Source: Arcobacteraceae bacterium
GTDB taxonomy: Bacteria > Campylobacterota > Campylobacteria > Campylobacterales > Arcobacteraceae
DNA length: 64,000 nucleotides
Direction of reading: 5' to 3'
Assembly (NCBI GenBank): GCA_965224485.1
Contig: CBDCZH010000023.1
Coordinates: forward strand, 85,450-149,449
Shown: one piece after another, positions 1-10,534 of the stretch
Layout of the letters: each line of letters begins with the position of its first letter
Position numbering within the stretch: the first letter of the stretch is position 1
The notes under the pieces: model-generated
Databases searched by the model: none
What the model was told of the DNA's origin: nothing
What the model saw: only the letters and a program-made list of their open reading frames with translations
Position numbers and translations under genes: made by a program

Positions 1-580
1 TTGTTTTAAAAGATTTGAATGTGCTTTATGTATTGAACCAGCCATACTTCTAGGCTTTTTCTTATACATCATAATAACCACTTCGGCACCCCCAAGGGTA
101 TTTCTTTCAGGGCATGTACTTTCATTACTTTACATAGTTTACTAATTCTATAAATTGAACTATGTTCTTTAATATAAAAATATTTTAATTTATGTGGCTT
201 GCAAAGTACATGCTGTGAGTGAAAAGAGGAAATACTCTTGGGGTGCCGCGGCCTTTTTTAGTATGTCTCTCTCTCTCTTTCGTAACTCTTTTTAGCTCTT
301 TATGAAGTTTTTTAATTTCTACATCTTTTAAATCTATTTCTTGATGCTTTTTTATTGCGTCAGGAGATTCTAATCTTTTAAATCTTTATTTACTACAAGT
401 CTTAGAGCTGTTTCCCTGATACTATATCCATTTTTAATAAATAATTTACTGCTTCTATTCTAAACTCTTCTGTATATTTTATTCTTCCCATTTTTAACCC
501 TTTGCTTAAATAAAATGATTTAAATCATTATTACATTAATTTACTAAATTAAGTTTGTCTATTTTTCTGGGGTCATTCCA
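1..580 (-). mobile_element. Degenerate IS3-family insertion sequence (left end, orfA remnant, orfB fragment)
   Basis: The minus strand starts TGGAATGACCCCAGAAAAATAGACA at 580 (TG-type IR). ATG at 491 reads MGRIKYTEEFRIEAV...ILKKAA (IS3 orfA pattern), and an RSGYY-like orfB fragment lies near 60-85. The frames are broken. Confidence 0.75.
85..247. repeat. ~165-bp MITE-like segment with imperfect terminal inverted repeats inside the IS3 remnant
   Basis: GGCACCCC..AAG.GTATTT...GCATGTACTTT at the left end is mirrored by AAAGTACATGC...AAATACTCTTGGGGTGCC at the right end. Confidence 0.55.
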
Positions 581-707
581 GTTTGGGGCTTTAAAGAAGA
601 AAAGACAGTTTATGCCTAGCAACACTTCTTTGGAGGAATTGATATGCGACTTCATATATGAGAATAACTATAGCCCACATTCTTTGGATGAAATCAAATA
701 CTCTGAG

Positions 708-736
708 CCCTTTGATTTTTTTAAAAAATCAAAGGG
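708..736. terminator. Hairpin/terminator downstream of the nhaC-like gene
   Basis: CCCTTTGATTTT...AAAATCAAAGGG stem just past the stop at 745. Confidence 0.6.
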
Positions 737-744
737 GTGCAGAA

Positions 745-2175
745 TTATTTTTTTACTTTCTTCAAATCCCTGCCATCTGTATACCATACAGCTGTATTTG
801 TTAAAGCATATAATATAGCCAAAACAGGACAGATAAGTAAGAAAAATGCATATGGAGCATAATCAAGTGTTGCTATTCCTAATACACCTGCCGCAAATAT
901 TGCATCATTACCCCAAGGTACCAAAAACGCAAATAGCGTACCACTATCTTCTAAGGTACGCGATAAAACTTTAGGATCAACTTTAAGGCGCTTATATTCA
1001 GGTCTCAATGTTTCTCCTGGAATGATAATTGAAACATATTGGCTTGCACTTAACATATTTGTTGCAAGGCAAGAAAAAACTGTTATAATTATTAACCTTG
1101 CAGGAGTAGTAATCCATTTTTCTACAGATTTAAGTATGGCTTTTAGTACACCAGTACGATTTAGAATCTCTCCAAAAGCTAGAACTATCAAAGCAGTTGT
1201 AATAATCCATGCCATGCTACTAATCCCACCACGATTAAGTAATTTAGCAGTGTCAGCATTTGTAAACTCATAATCTAAACCTGTAAATAAAGCAACTATA
1301 ACTTCTCTTGCAGAAAAAGACGGTTGGAAGATAAGCGCTACTACAGTAGCAATCATAGCACTAATAACCATTGCTGGAATTGCTGGAATTTTACGAGCAA
1401 TCATAACAACTGTCAATATTGGAATTACCAAAAACAGGGGACTTATAAGAAAAACAGAATCAATGTTTGCTAAAATGTCAGCAGCTTTAACTATTTGTAT
1501 ATCACTAGAAGCATCATATTGAAGACCAATAAAACCAAATAGTAAAAGACTTATTAAAATGGCTGGTCCACCAGTATATAACATAGAATGAATATGAGTA
1601 AATAAAGGTGTTCCTGCAGTTGCCGCGGAAAGATTTGTTGTATCAGAAAATGGTGACATTTTATCACCAAAGAGTGCACCTGATATAATCATTCCGCCAG
1701 CTATTGGTAAAGGCACACCAATAGCCCCTGCAACTCCAACTAAAGCGACTCCCACAGTACCGATAGTACCAAATGATGTACCAGTAAAATATGATGTAAG
1801 GGAACACAAAATCAAACCCGTTACTAAGTATGTAGAGGGTGTTAAAAACGAAATCCCATAATATATAATACTTGGTATAATTCCACTAACAATCCATGAC
1901 CCAATGATAAGACCAACGGCTAGGAATATACCAACGATCAAAGAAGCGTTTTTAAAGCCATCTAAAATATATTTTTCAACATCTTTTAGTGTATTGCCAA
2001 GAAATACCGCAGCTGCTCCAAGATATATTAGACAAAGAATCAGCGTTCCTCGAGTAGGCAGTTTAAGCCAAAGTAAACATACCATAATTATAACCGTAAC
2101 ACCAGCTATTATTAAAAGTGCCCATTTTAAAGGTACCTTTTTTTTATTTTCTTCTATCACAATTTCTTCTTTCAT
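745..2175 (-). CDS. nhaC: NhaC-family Na+/H+ antiporter / amino-acid transporter
   Basis: Multi-TM protein with GTSFGT, SGALFGDKMSPFSDTTNL and LSRTLEDSGT motifs. Confidence 0.85.
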   Translation of the reverse strand: MKEEIVIEENKKKVPLKWALLIIAGVTVIIMVCLLWLKLPTRGTLILCLIYLGAAAVFLGNTLKDVEKYILDGFKNASLIVGIFLAVGLIIGSWIVSGIIPSIIYYGISFLTPSTYLVTGLILCSLTSYFTGTSFGTIGTVGVALVGVAGAIGVPLPIAGGMIISGALFGDKMSPFSDTTNLSAATAGTPLFTHIHSMLYTGGPAILISLLLFGFIGLQYDASSDIQIVKAADILANIDSVFLISPLFLVIPILTVVMIARKIPAIPAMVISAMIATVVALIFQPSFSAREVIVALFTGLDYEFTNADTAKLLNRGGISSMAWIITTALIVLAFGEILNRTGVLKAILKSVEKWITTPARLIIITVFSCLATNMLSASQYVSIIIPGETLRPEYKRLKVDPKVLSRTLEDSGTLFAFLVPWGNDAIFAAGVLGIATLDYAPYAFFLLICPVLAILYALTNTAVWYTDGRDLKKVKK

Positions 2176-2221
2176 TATAATCTCCTTAAAAATTATTAAA
2201 AATATAGAATCTACTATTCTA

Positions 2222-2328
2222 ATATAAGCAAAAATATTTATGCTTGCTGCAATATATATATCTCCGGATCATCATTAGAAGTGTCCATTTTAAGGCATAC
2301 TTCTTTCTTCTTCCTCTTTTTCCCTCAT
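2222..2328 (-). pseudogene. Degenerate remnant of a second nhaC-like 5' end
   Basis: RBS AAGGAG, then MREKEEEERSMP/KWTLLMMI, resembling MKEEIVIEENKKKVPLKWALLII of the next gene. Confidence 0.4.
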
Positions 2329-2346
2329 AACTCCTTATAAATTATT

Positions 2347-3090
2347 TTAATAAATAGAATTTACCATACTCATATAATCAAAAACTATTACACCTGTTTC
2401 ATCATATATATCTTGAGCAAATGGAGGTAAATCTGTACATTCAAGCAAAATTGCACCTATGTTTTCGTTTTCCTTACATGCTTTCATAGATATACCAACC
2501 ACATCTTTTTTTATTAAATCTAAATCTAAACCTTCTTGCGAATGTAAATGAATTTTTTTCCATTCAGATGCATTTTCCAAACCATAAACTTTAATTCTGT
2601 GCTTATTTTCCACGTTAACACCTGCAATTTCCAAATGTTTGTCACTTAATGATTGTTTATTTGCAGTAATAATAGCGATACTTTTATCGCCAATTGCATT
2701 TAAGATAAAAGGTATTTGCAATAAAGCCGAACTAAAAATTGGTATTGGCGATGCTTTAGATAGTTGTTGCTGAAATATTATATTAAAACCACAACTAGTA
2801 AAAATTCCTTTGACATTATGCTTATCAACACCATTTTGACTATATATATTTTTTGCTTGTTCAATCATGTTTTGTACTACTATTTGTGAAGGTTCAACTA
2901 TCACAGTTTTATAATTTGCCTTGTCAATTTGAATAAACTCAACAGCACAAGCATAGCTAGATGGATTCATACTATTACCCTTAAGAGTCGCTAGTTTATC
3001 TAGCCCCTTAGGATTACCCCCATCTTCCCAACAAAAAACAACTAATTTATCTCTCATATCTTTTGACACTTTCATAGTTTTCCATCCCAA
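2347..3090 (-). CDS. Aspartate/glutamate/hydantoin racemase-family protein
   Basis: Paired Cys motifs TSCGF and LLECTDLPPF. Confidence 0.75.
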   Translation of the reverse strand: MGWKTMKVSKDMRDKLVVFCWEDGGNPKGLDKLATLKGNSMNPSSYACAVEFIQIDKANYKTVIVEPSQIVVQNMIEQAKNIYSQNGVDKHNVKGIFTSCGFNIIFQQQLSKASPIPIFSSALLQIPFILNAIGDKSIAIITANKQSLSDKHLEIAGVNVENKHRIKVYGLENASEWKKIHLHSQEGLDLDLIKKDVVGISMKACKENENIGAILLECTDLPPFAQDIYDETGVIVFDYMSMVNSIY

Positions 3091-4292
3091 TTCTTTTCAT
3101 AAATATCATATGTTAAAGAACGCCTTTCTAGTTGTTTAAAATATTCTTCAATATTAATATCTATAGGACAAAGTAAACCTGGAGTATTGATTTTATTTTC
3201 TAAAATCATCGTACATCCTATTGATGCTGAAAAGCTTACAGTTCTTTGCATAGCCGATAAATTTTGCTCATGATTAAATGTATCTAGCATTTGTAATATA
3301 AAATGTTTTTTCTCTCCATTTTTAATGCCCTTAACCTCGACCCTAACAATTACGGCATCAGATTCATTTTTTTTATAGAAAAATTGATCTTGACTGGCAA
3401 GCAAGCTAGCACAAAATTCGTCAGGCTTAACCATTACGCCATTGACATCAATTTCCTTATCTCCTAAAAAGCCACATTTAGCCATTTTTTCCCAAAAATC
3501 ACCATGACCTGCCCAACGACAAATATATCGCCCCATTTCTTTCAAGCTATCACCTAAGCCAAATCTAGATATATAAGAGACAGCATTACCATTACAAAAA
3601 CATTCTAGCTCTTCATCAAATTCTGCTATTTGTAAATTATGTCTATTTGCTTTAGAAAATATTTCATCCTTATTAATAGTCTTAACTTTTCCATCTTTTA
3701 ATATAGTTGCAGGTCGCAAGTAAGATTTTATAACGCCTATAATTGACCAAGTGAATTTGTATTTAAGCGGGTTATTTGCCACATCTAAATCAGGAAAACC
3801 AGCACCATAAGAATGCATAGAATGGACTTCGTCTAGTTGGCTGATTGCCATTTTTCCCATGGCAAGATCTATACCTGGATCCATTCCAAACTCTTCTAAT
3901 ATTATTACATTGTTTTTAACGGCTTGCTCTTTAATTTTTGTGACTCGTTTTTGTTTTTCAACATCATTTGCAAATGATGGATTGTTCACATAACTTGTAG
4001 TAAGCAAATTAACTCCTAGTTTTACAGCAAGCTCTGCCATATCCAAGGTAAATTGTGGAGGAAATAGCTCAATAACAACATCATGAGCTTTCATAAGTTC
4101 AGTTATTTTAGTGATATCATCACCTCTTGCATGAACTGATACTATTCTATCATCAGCGAGATCTATGCAATCATTATGAAAATTGTCATAACAATCTACT
4201 ATTGTTAATTGAGAAAATTTCCCATGTTTTAATAAATCATAAACACAACCTTTCCCTTGCATTCCGTAACCTAATTGTAAAATTTTTGACAT
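3072..4292 (-). CDS. Saccharopine dehydrogenase / lysine 6-dehydrogenase-family oxidoreductase
   Basis: Rossmann LGYGMQG, plus EFGMDPGID, NPLKYKFTWS and SAMQRTV motifs. Confidence 0.85.
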   Translation of the reverse strand: MSKILQLGYGMQGKGCVYDLLKHGKFSQLTIVDCYDNFHNDCIDLADDRIVSVHARGDDITKITELMKAHDVVIELFPPQFTLDMAELAVKLGVNLLTTSYVNNPSFANDVEKQKRVTKIKEQAVKNNVIILEEFGMDPGIDLAMGKMAISQLDEVHSMHSYGAGFPDLDVANNPLKYKFTWSIIGVIKSYLRPATILKDGKVKTINKDEIFSKANRHNLQIAEFDEELECFCNGNAVSYISRFGLGDSLKEMGRYICRWAGHGDFWEKMAKCGFLGDKEIDVNGVMVKPDEFCASLLASQDQFFYKKNESDAVIVRVEVKGIKNGEKKHFILQMLDTFNHEQNLSAMQRTVSFSASIGCTMILENKINTPGLLCPIDINIEEYFKQLERRSLTYDIYEKNWDGKL

Positions 4293-4751
4293 ATATTTCT
4301 CCTTAAATAATCTTTTCGATTATTATTATATCTGTTTTTTCATAATTAGAACCCAATTATAAAAGAATGTTATTTATTAATTGTAATAAAGTTACTTTAC
4401 GTTTTTATCTTCAGTCAAAAAGGTTACAAATCGAAATGGCTGCATAGATAATTATTTCTTTGCCATGTTTAGGGTTGCTCTATCGCAACAGCAAAAGACA
4501 CTAAAACCAGACAAGCCTAGCAAAAAACTAAATAGAAAACACAGTAAATATGATGAGACTTTTGGGTCAAAGTATAACTGTTATCAAGTAGCCAAAGGTG
4601 CAAAAGTAAGTTATAACACTGCTTGCAAATACAAAGACTTTATTCTTCAAAACAGCTAAAAATAATATCTTATTTTTAAATAAATATTTATTACTTAAAG
4701 TGATTTTTTTATTTTTTGTGGTAATATTTTGCAACTTAAAGGACAAAATAT

Positions 4752-5972
4752 ATGAGAAACTTTATTAGCTACGATACTTCATTAGAAATTTTAAACAAAC
4801 TTAACTTTAGTAAAAAATCAAAAGAAAAACTTTTTATATCAAATGCAAGAAATAGAGTTTTATGTGATGATATAATAGCAGATCATAACAGCCCTGCTTT
4901 TGTAACTTCTGCTATGGATGGTTATGCTATAAAACATGAAGATTTACAAATAAAAAAAATCAAAATCATTGCAAATAACCCAGCTGGTGAAGTTGTACAA
5001 GCTTGTGTAAGTAATAAGGTTTGTATTAAAACTTTTACAGGCTCACTTATGCCAAAAGGTGCTGATACCTTAATACCTATTGAAAATGTGGAAGTAATTA
5101 ATGGGGAAATTCATATTAAAAAAGAAGTACCCTTAGGTTTTGCTATTAGAAAGGTAGGTGAAAACTATAAAGAAAATGAAGTATTAATTAAAAAAGATAC
5201 TATTATAGGTTTTGCTGAAATAGGAGTTTTAGCTTCTTTAAATATAGCCCAAGTATATGTATATAAAAAACCAGTAGTTGCAGTTGCTAGTACTGGAAGT
5301 GAAATTTTAGACCTAGGTGAAGTTCAAACAAATGATTCACAAATAAGAAGTTCAAATCATTTAACAATTGAAGCCTTATGTAATAAAGCAGGTGCAAATA
5401 CTTTACAATTAGGAATTGTAAAAGATGATATAACTTCAATTACAAATCTTATGACCTCTGCTTTAAAAGATTGCGATATTCTTGTAACAACAGGTGGAGT
5501 ATCTGTTGGTGATTATGATTTTGTACAAGATGTTATAAAAGATAAGTTAAAAGCTGATGTTTTATTTCATGGAGTAATTATTAAACCAGGAATGCACATC
5601 TTAATTGCAAAAAAAGATGAAAAACTAATCATTGCCCTTCCTGGTTTTGCTTACTCTTCAACTGTTTGTGCTATTTTATACGTACTTCCTATGATTTATA
5701 AACTAGAAGGCGCAAATAAATCCTTACCTCTTGTAAAAGCTAGAATAGCTCAAGATTATAAGCTAAAAATGCCAAAAACTATTTTTACTGCTTGTAATGT
5801 AAAATATGAAAATAATGAATATAAAATAGATTTTGAAGGTAAAAAACAAGGTACTAGTGCAATTTTGACAAATATGCTAGAAAGCCCTGCTTTGTTAATT
5901 CAAAAGCAAGACTCAAAAGATATAAAAGCTAATGATTTAGTAGATATTTTATTATTAAATGAACTAAAATAA
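4752..5972 (+). CDS. moeA: Molybdopterin molybdotransferase
   Basis: SAMDGYA, STGSE, TTGGVSVGDYD and ALPG motifs. Confidence 0.95.
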   Translation: MRNFISYDTSLEILNKLNFSKKSKEKLFISNARNRVLCDDIIADHNSPAFVTSAMDGYAIKHEDLQIKKIKIIANNPAGEVVQACVSNKVCIKTFTGSLMPKGADTLIPIENVEVINGEIHIKKEVPLGFAIRKVGENYKENEVLIKKDTIIGFAEIGVLASLNIAQVYVYKKPVVAVASTGSEILDLGEVQTNDSQIRSSNHLTIEALCNKAGANTLQLGIVKDDITSITNLMTSALKDCDILVTTGGVSVGDYDFVQDVIKDKLKADVLFHGVIIKPGMHILIAKKDEKLIIALPGFAYSSTVCAILYVLPMIYKLEGANKSLPLVKARIAQDYKLKMPKTIFTACNVKYENNEYKIDFEGKKQGTSAILTNMLESPALLIQKQDSKDIKANDLVDILLLNELK

Positions 5973-5973
5973 A

Positions 5974-6873
5974 ATGAAAGCTACAAAAGTATATATATTA
6001 ATAAGCTTATGTGTACTTTTTTGGTCTGGAAATTTTATAATTGGAAAGTTTATACATACAGAAATAGAAGCTATTGAACTAGCTTTTTTTAGATGGAGCT
6101 TTACTCTTTTATTTATTTTACCCACACTATTTTTTATAGATATAAAAAGAATACTTAACGTTTATAAAAAAAATATTTTTATTATTACTCTATTGGCTTT
6201 TTTAGGAATCACTTTATTCAATACTATTGTTTATACTGCTTTAAAAAGTACAAGTGCTACAAATGCTTTATTAATTAATTCAAGCACGCCTTTAATTATA
6301 TTGCTTTTATCTTCTTTAATATTTAAAAATTTTATTTCAAAATTACAAATTTTAGGAATAGTAATTTCTACTATAGGAGTTGTTTTTTTAGTGTTAAAAG
6401 GCGATTTTTTAAATATTTTAGACTTATCTTATCATGCTGGTGATTTTTGGATTATTATTTCCTCTTTTTGCTGGGCTTTATACTCAGTTTTAGTAAAACT
6501 TAAACCTAAAGAGCTTAACTTTTATGAGTTCTTTATTCTTATTGTATTTATTGGTTTTATTCTACTTTTACCTCTATATTTATATCAAAACTACTCTATA
6601 GAACAAGAAATCAAACAAGTTAAAAACTTTTGGTACTTTTTTATCTATATTTCTTTTTTCACATCAATTTTATCTTATTATTTTTGGAATATAGGAATTG
6701 AAGAAATAGGAGCCTCTAAAACAGGACAATTTACACATCTTATGCCTATTTTTGGCTCGATTTTAGCCTTTGTTTTTTTAAAAGAAAGTTTAGAACTTTA
6801 TCATATTTTAGGAGCTACTTTAATAGCTTTTGGAATTTATTTATCCTTATTTATAAAAAAAGCAACTAAGTAG
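5974..6873 (+). CDS. DMT/EamA-family transporter
   Basis: About 10 TM segments; WSGNF and duplicated EamA halves. Confidence 0.9.
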   Translation: MKATKVYILISLCVLFWSGNFIIGKFIHTEIEAIELAFFRWSFTLLFILPTLFFIDIKRILNVYKKNIFIITLLAFLGITLFNTIVYTALKSTSATNALLINSSTPLIILLLSSLIFKNFISKLQILGIVISTIGVVFLVLKGDFLNILDLSYHAGDFWIIISSFCWALYSVLVKLKPKELNFYEFFILIVFIGFILLLPLYLYQNYSIEQEIKQVKNFWYFFIYISFFTSILSYYFWNIGIEEIGASKTGQFTHLMPIFGSILAFVFLKESLELYHILGATLIAFGIYLSLFIKKATK

Positions 6874-6881
6874 TTCTTTAT

Positions 6882-8135
6882 TTAAGAAACACTTAGTATT
6901 TTACAATTACATAAATCACTACTTTCATATTTTGTTTTCTCATCCGCTTTTAATCCTGGATAAGGAAAAAGTCTAACAGTTAGAGGTTTATTTAATCTGT
7001 AAGCATAAGTTCCAGTATCTCTCATCAACGCAGCTATTTTCTTATTTGTTGTATTTCCAGGAATTGGAACAGTATCTAAACCTATTCCACAAACAGCAGA
7101 ATTAGCAAGTAAATCCTTAATATCATATTTGTTTTTACTAACATCTTTTGCTAAACCCCGATCTTCAATAACTGCTAACATAAGACCAGAAAAACCAACT
7201 AAAGGCATATTTTTAACTCCTTTGAAGACTTTTGTTAATAAAGAAGAAACTTCTATACTTCCAGAGTTTCCAAAATGTTTAACTCCTAATAACTTATAAA
7301 CATCAATCATAGAAGAACACTCTTTTGAAGGAGCTGCTGAAGAATCAAGTCCTACAAAATTAAAACCTTTTAATGAAGTTGTTTTTAAAAGTTTTTTTAT
7401 ATTATTTACATGATATTGCAAGGCTTCACTCATTTTAATAGAAGCTAGTTTAAAAAACTCATTATGTTTTTCACTTGTATATTTAAAAGGAAGATTTTTT
7501 AAAACATTAACTAATAAATCAGGTGTTTCTAAACCTAGTACAAAAGAGTTTTGTGAACTTGAATTAAAATAAGAGGCTGGAAAATAAGGAATAAACTCTT
7601 TACAATTAAAATTAACAGTAAAGTTAAAATTACCCTCACCTCTTGGTGTTATTTTAGAAATTCTCTTAACTGCTATTGCACAATGTTTAATAAGTTCATT
7701 ATCTAAAACCCCAGAACTATCAAGTTTTACATTAACACAAGCATTGCATAAATCCCCATAATCTCGAATAAGTTCAGGAAGTAAGGCTATTTCTTCATAC
7801 GTTTTAGCCTCCCCAATTGCAAAACGGATTCTTAGTTTAGAGTCATTTAATTTATCTAAGATTGTTTTTATAAAAGATAAGTCTTTTTTAGAATCTGCTA
7901 ATGAGCTAGTATTTAAATACTCTCCAAAAGCATTTGTAACTATACGAATACTTTGTACTTCATAATCATTTTTATTAAACGTTTTACTTAATTTTTTACA
8001 GAAATAATAAGCTTTTTTAAGTTCAAAGTCCCAGGTGTTTTTATCTTTTTTAAGTGTTAAAAAAGTTGTAATTGTTCTTATTTTACAAAGCTCTTTATTT
8101 TTATAAGTCATTTTAATCCTTCGTATAATACACAT
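6882..8135 (-). CDS. DUF711-family protein
   Basis: GLDSSAAP, VGFSGLML, SAVCGIGLDTVPIPG and NKPLTVRL motifs. Confidence 0.8.
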   Translation of the reverse strand: MCIIRRIKMTYKNKELCKIRTITTFLTLKKDKNTWDFELKKAYYFCKKLSKTFNKNDYEVQSIRIVTNAFGEYLNTSSLADSKKDLSFIKTILDKLNDSKLRIRFAIGEAKTYEEIALLPELIRDYGDLCNACVNVKLDSSGVLDNELIKHCAIAVKRISKITPRGEGNFNFTVNFNCKEFIPYFPASYFNSSSQNSFVLGLETPDLLVNVLKNLPFKYTSEKHNEFFKLASIKMSEALQYHVNNIKKLLKTTSLKGFNFVGLDSSAAPSKECSSMIDVYKLLGVKHFGNSGSIEVSSLLTKVFKGVKNMPLVGFSGLMLAVIEDRGLAKDVSKNKYDIKDLLANSAVCGIGLDTVPIPGNTTNKKIAALMRDTGTYAYRLNKPLTVRLFPYPGLKADEKTKYESSDLCNCKILSVS

Positions 8136-8229
8136 AATAATTTATTTGCAATATTTAATATATAATATCTAAATTTATTTATTTTAATACATCTTTGTAT
8201 GTTATACTTTATAAACTATTGGAGTTTTT

Positions 8230-9468
8230 ATGAAAAAAGATATAATAATTATAGGTGGCGGAATTGTTGGTTTAATGAGCGCATATTTTTTATGTAAAAG
8301 CAATAAAGAAATCACAGTAATCGATAAAAACGATATAAGCTCTGGAACATCTTTTGGAAATGCAGGTCTGCTTTCAGCTTTTAGTAAAAATCCCCTAAGC
8401 TCTCCTGGAGTCTTATTGGATACTTTTAAACTAATGTTAAAAGGAGAATCTCCTGTTAATCTACACCCTAGTTTAGATTTAAACCTTTATAAGTGGTTAT
8501 CTTCTTTTGCTTTTAATTCAAATGAAAAAAGACTAAGAAAAACCCTAGCTTTATTTGAAAAGTATGGCAAAATATCCCTTGATTCTTATAAAAAAATGAA
8601 CAAAAAAGATAAAATGGACTTTTATTTTAGACAAGATGGTCTTCTAATGATTTATACAGAGCAAAAAAGTTTTGATAAAAAAATAAACTTATGCCAAAAT
8701 AATGAGAAATATAAGATTTTAAATAAAGAAGAAACAAAAGAGTATATGCCTTGTGTAAATGATAAAATAATAGGTTCTATTTTATTAAAACAAAATGGAC
8801 ACTTAGATCCAGGCCTACTTATGCTTGAGCTTAAAAACTATTTGATAAATAAAGGCGTAGAGTTTATTTATAATGAAGAAGTGCAAAAACTTGAATTTTC
8901 AAATTCTAAATTAAATAAAATACATACTCAAAATAAATCATATAAAGCAAATACTTTTATTATAAGTACAGGAGCAAATTCTACTTTAGCTTCACAAGCA
9001 AAAAGCTCTTTTTTACTTACAAAAGCAAAAGGTTATTCTTTAACTTTTATAATGAAAGAAGATCTAAGACCTAAAACTGCTGCTTTATTTGCTGATTTAT
9101 TTATAGCAATGACTCCAAGAGAAAAAACAGTAAGAATAACTTCTAAGTTAGAATTAGGCTCGAATAATGAAGAAATAGTAAAAAAACAAATAAATAGTAT
9201 TAAGCATAATTTATCTTTATATACTAAAGATTTTTTATATGAAGATTGCATAGAATGGACAGGATTTAGACCACTTACTCCTAATGATATGCCAATTTTA
9301 GGTTTTGATGAACAATATTCAAACTTAGTTCACGCAACTGGTTTAGGCTGGTTAGGAATTACATTTGGGCCAGCTGTTGGAAAAATCATAGCTGAACTTA
9401 TACTTGAGCATAAAGAAAATAAAAACTCTGATGATATTTTACTTTTTTCTCAGTTTTATCAAGTATAA
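8230..9468 (+). CDS. FAD-dependent D-amino acid dehydrogenase-family oxidoreductase
   Basis: GGGIVG, TSFGNAG, KGYS and WTGFRPLTP motifs. Confidence 0.85.
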   Translation: MKKDIIIIGGGIVGLMSAYFLCKSNKEITVIDKNDISSGTSFGNAGLLSAFSKNPLSSPGVLLDTFKLMLKGESPVNLHPSLDLNLYKWLSSFAFNSNEKRLRKTLALFEKYGKISLDSYKKMNKKDKMDFYFRQDGLLMIYTEQKSFDKKINLCQNNEKYKILNKEETKEYMPCVNDKIIGSILLKQNGHLDPGLLMLELKNYLINKGVEFIYNEEVQKLEFSNSKLNKIHTQNKSYKANTFIISTGANSTLASQAKSSFLLTKAKGYSLTFIMKEDLRPKTAALFADLFIAMTPREKTVRITSKLELGSNNEEIVKKQINSIKHNLSLYTKDFLYEDCIEWTGFRPLTPNDMPILGFDEQYSNLVHATGLGWLGITFGPAVGKIIAELILEHKENKNSDDILLFSQFYQV

Positions 9469-9489
9469 GAACGACAAAAATTATAAAAT

Positions 9490-10263
9490 CTATTTTCCTC
9501 TATAAAGCATATAAGGATTTCTTTGTGCAGTTGGCATAATATCAAGATATTGAATATTTATATGTTTTGCTGTATTTAAAACATTTATTATAACATCTGA
9601 TATGTCACTAGCCATTAAAGGTGTAAAACCTTCATAAACTGCATTTATCTTGTCTTTATCATCTTTAAATCTTACATTTGAAAAGTTTGTTCGCACAGCT
9701 CCTGGTGCAATAGTTGTTACTTTTACATTAGTTCCATACAAATCAACATTCATACTCTCACCTAAAGAGTGTACAGCTGCTTTACTTGAACAATATACAT
9801 TTCCATTAGGATAAGCAGTTTTACCTGCAACTGAACCTATATTGATTATATGAGCAGTTTCTAAAGGTCTCATTTGAGGAATTATTGCTTTTGATACATA
9901 TAATAATCCCTTAATATTTGTATCAATCATATCATCCCACTCTTGCTCACAACCCTCATCTATTTTCTCTAATCCTAAAGCCAAACCAGCATTATTTATT
10001 AAAAAATCAACTTGATTATCTTTTAAAAATAGTTTTAAAGATGAAGAAACAGCCTCTTTATTACTTACATCAAACTGTAAAATAGAAATTTTAATATCAT
10101 GATTTTTTAAGATTTCTTCTTTAATTTCTTCAAGCTTTTTATAATTTCTTGCCACTAAAACAAGTGAAGTTTGCATACTTGCTAAATCAAAGGCTAATTG
10201 CTTCCCTATTCCAGATGTAGCTCCTGTAATTAAAGCTGTTTTATTCATAATATAATTTTTCAT
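9490..10263 (-). CDS. SDR oxidoreductase (YdfG-like)
   Basis: TGATSGIG, NNAGLALG and YCSSK motifs. Confidence 0.85.
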   Translation of the reverse strand: MKNYIMNKTALITGATSGIGKQLAFDLASMQTSLVLVARNYKKLEEIKEEILKNHDIKISILQFDVSNKEAVSSSLKLFLKDNQVDFLINNAGLALGLEKIDEGCEQEWDDMIDTNIKGLLYVSKAIIPQMRPLETAHIINIGSVAGKTAYPNGNVYCSSKAAVHSLGESMNVDLYGTNVKVTTIAPGAVRTNFSNVRFKDDKDKINAVYEGFTPLMASDISDVIINVLNTAKHINIQYLDIMPTAQRNPYMLYRGK

Positions 10264-10309
10264 TTTATACCTTTTAATTCTTGTTTTATCATAGCCAAAT
10301 CAATATTTA

Positions 10310-10534
10310 TTAATCTTTTATAAGCACAACATTAAACTTCTTAACCATTGGAATTATAAAAAGTACAGAAGGAAAAGCAACTAACCATGCTTTCCACCAA
10401 GCACTTGCCCAAATAAATAAAAAGTTATTTAAGAAGCCTAAGTTTACTAGAACTAAAACACCTGATATAACAAAAGACATAAACATTGTAACTAAAAGAC
10501 TAAATACATAAAATTCATATTTTTTACTTATCAT
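10310..10534 (-). CDS. DUF2798-like small membrane protein
   Basis: Two TM segments; MSFVISG...W..AWLVAFP pattern. Confidence 0.7.
   Translation of the reverse strand: MISKKYEFYVFSLLVTMFMSFVISGVLVLVNLGFLNNFLFIWASAWWKAWLVAFPSVLFIIPMVKKFNVVLIKD

Noticed and set aside
555..818. 87-aa plus-strand ORF
   Set aside because: It spans the IS end, a terminator and the antisense of nhaC; likely spurious.
4465..4659. Functional recombinase or regulator
   Set aside because: Only an HTH-like tail with no catalytic domain; too weak to call.
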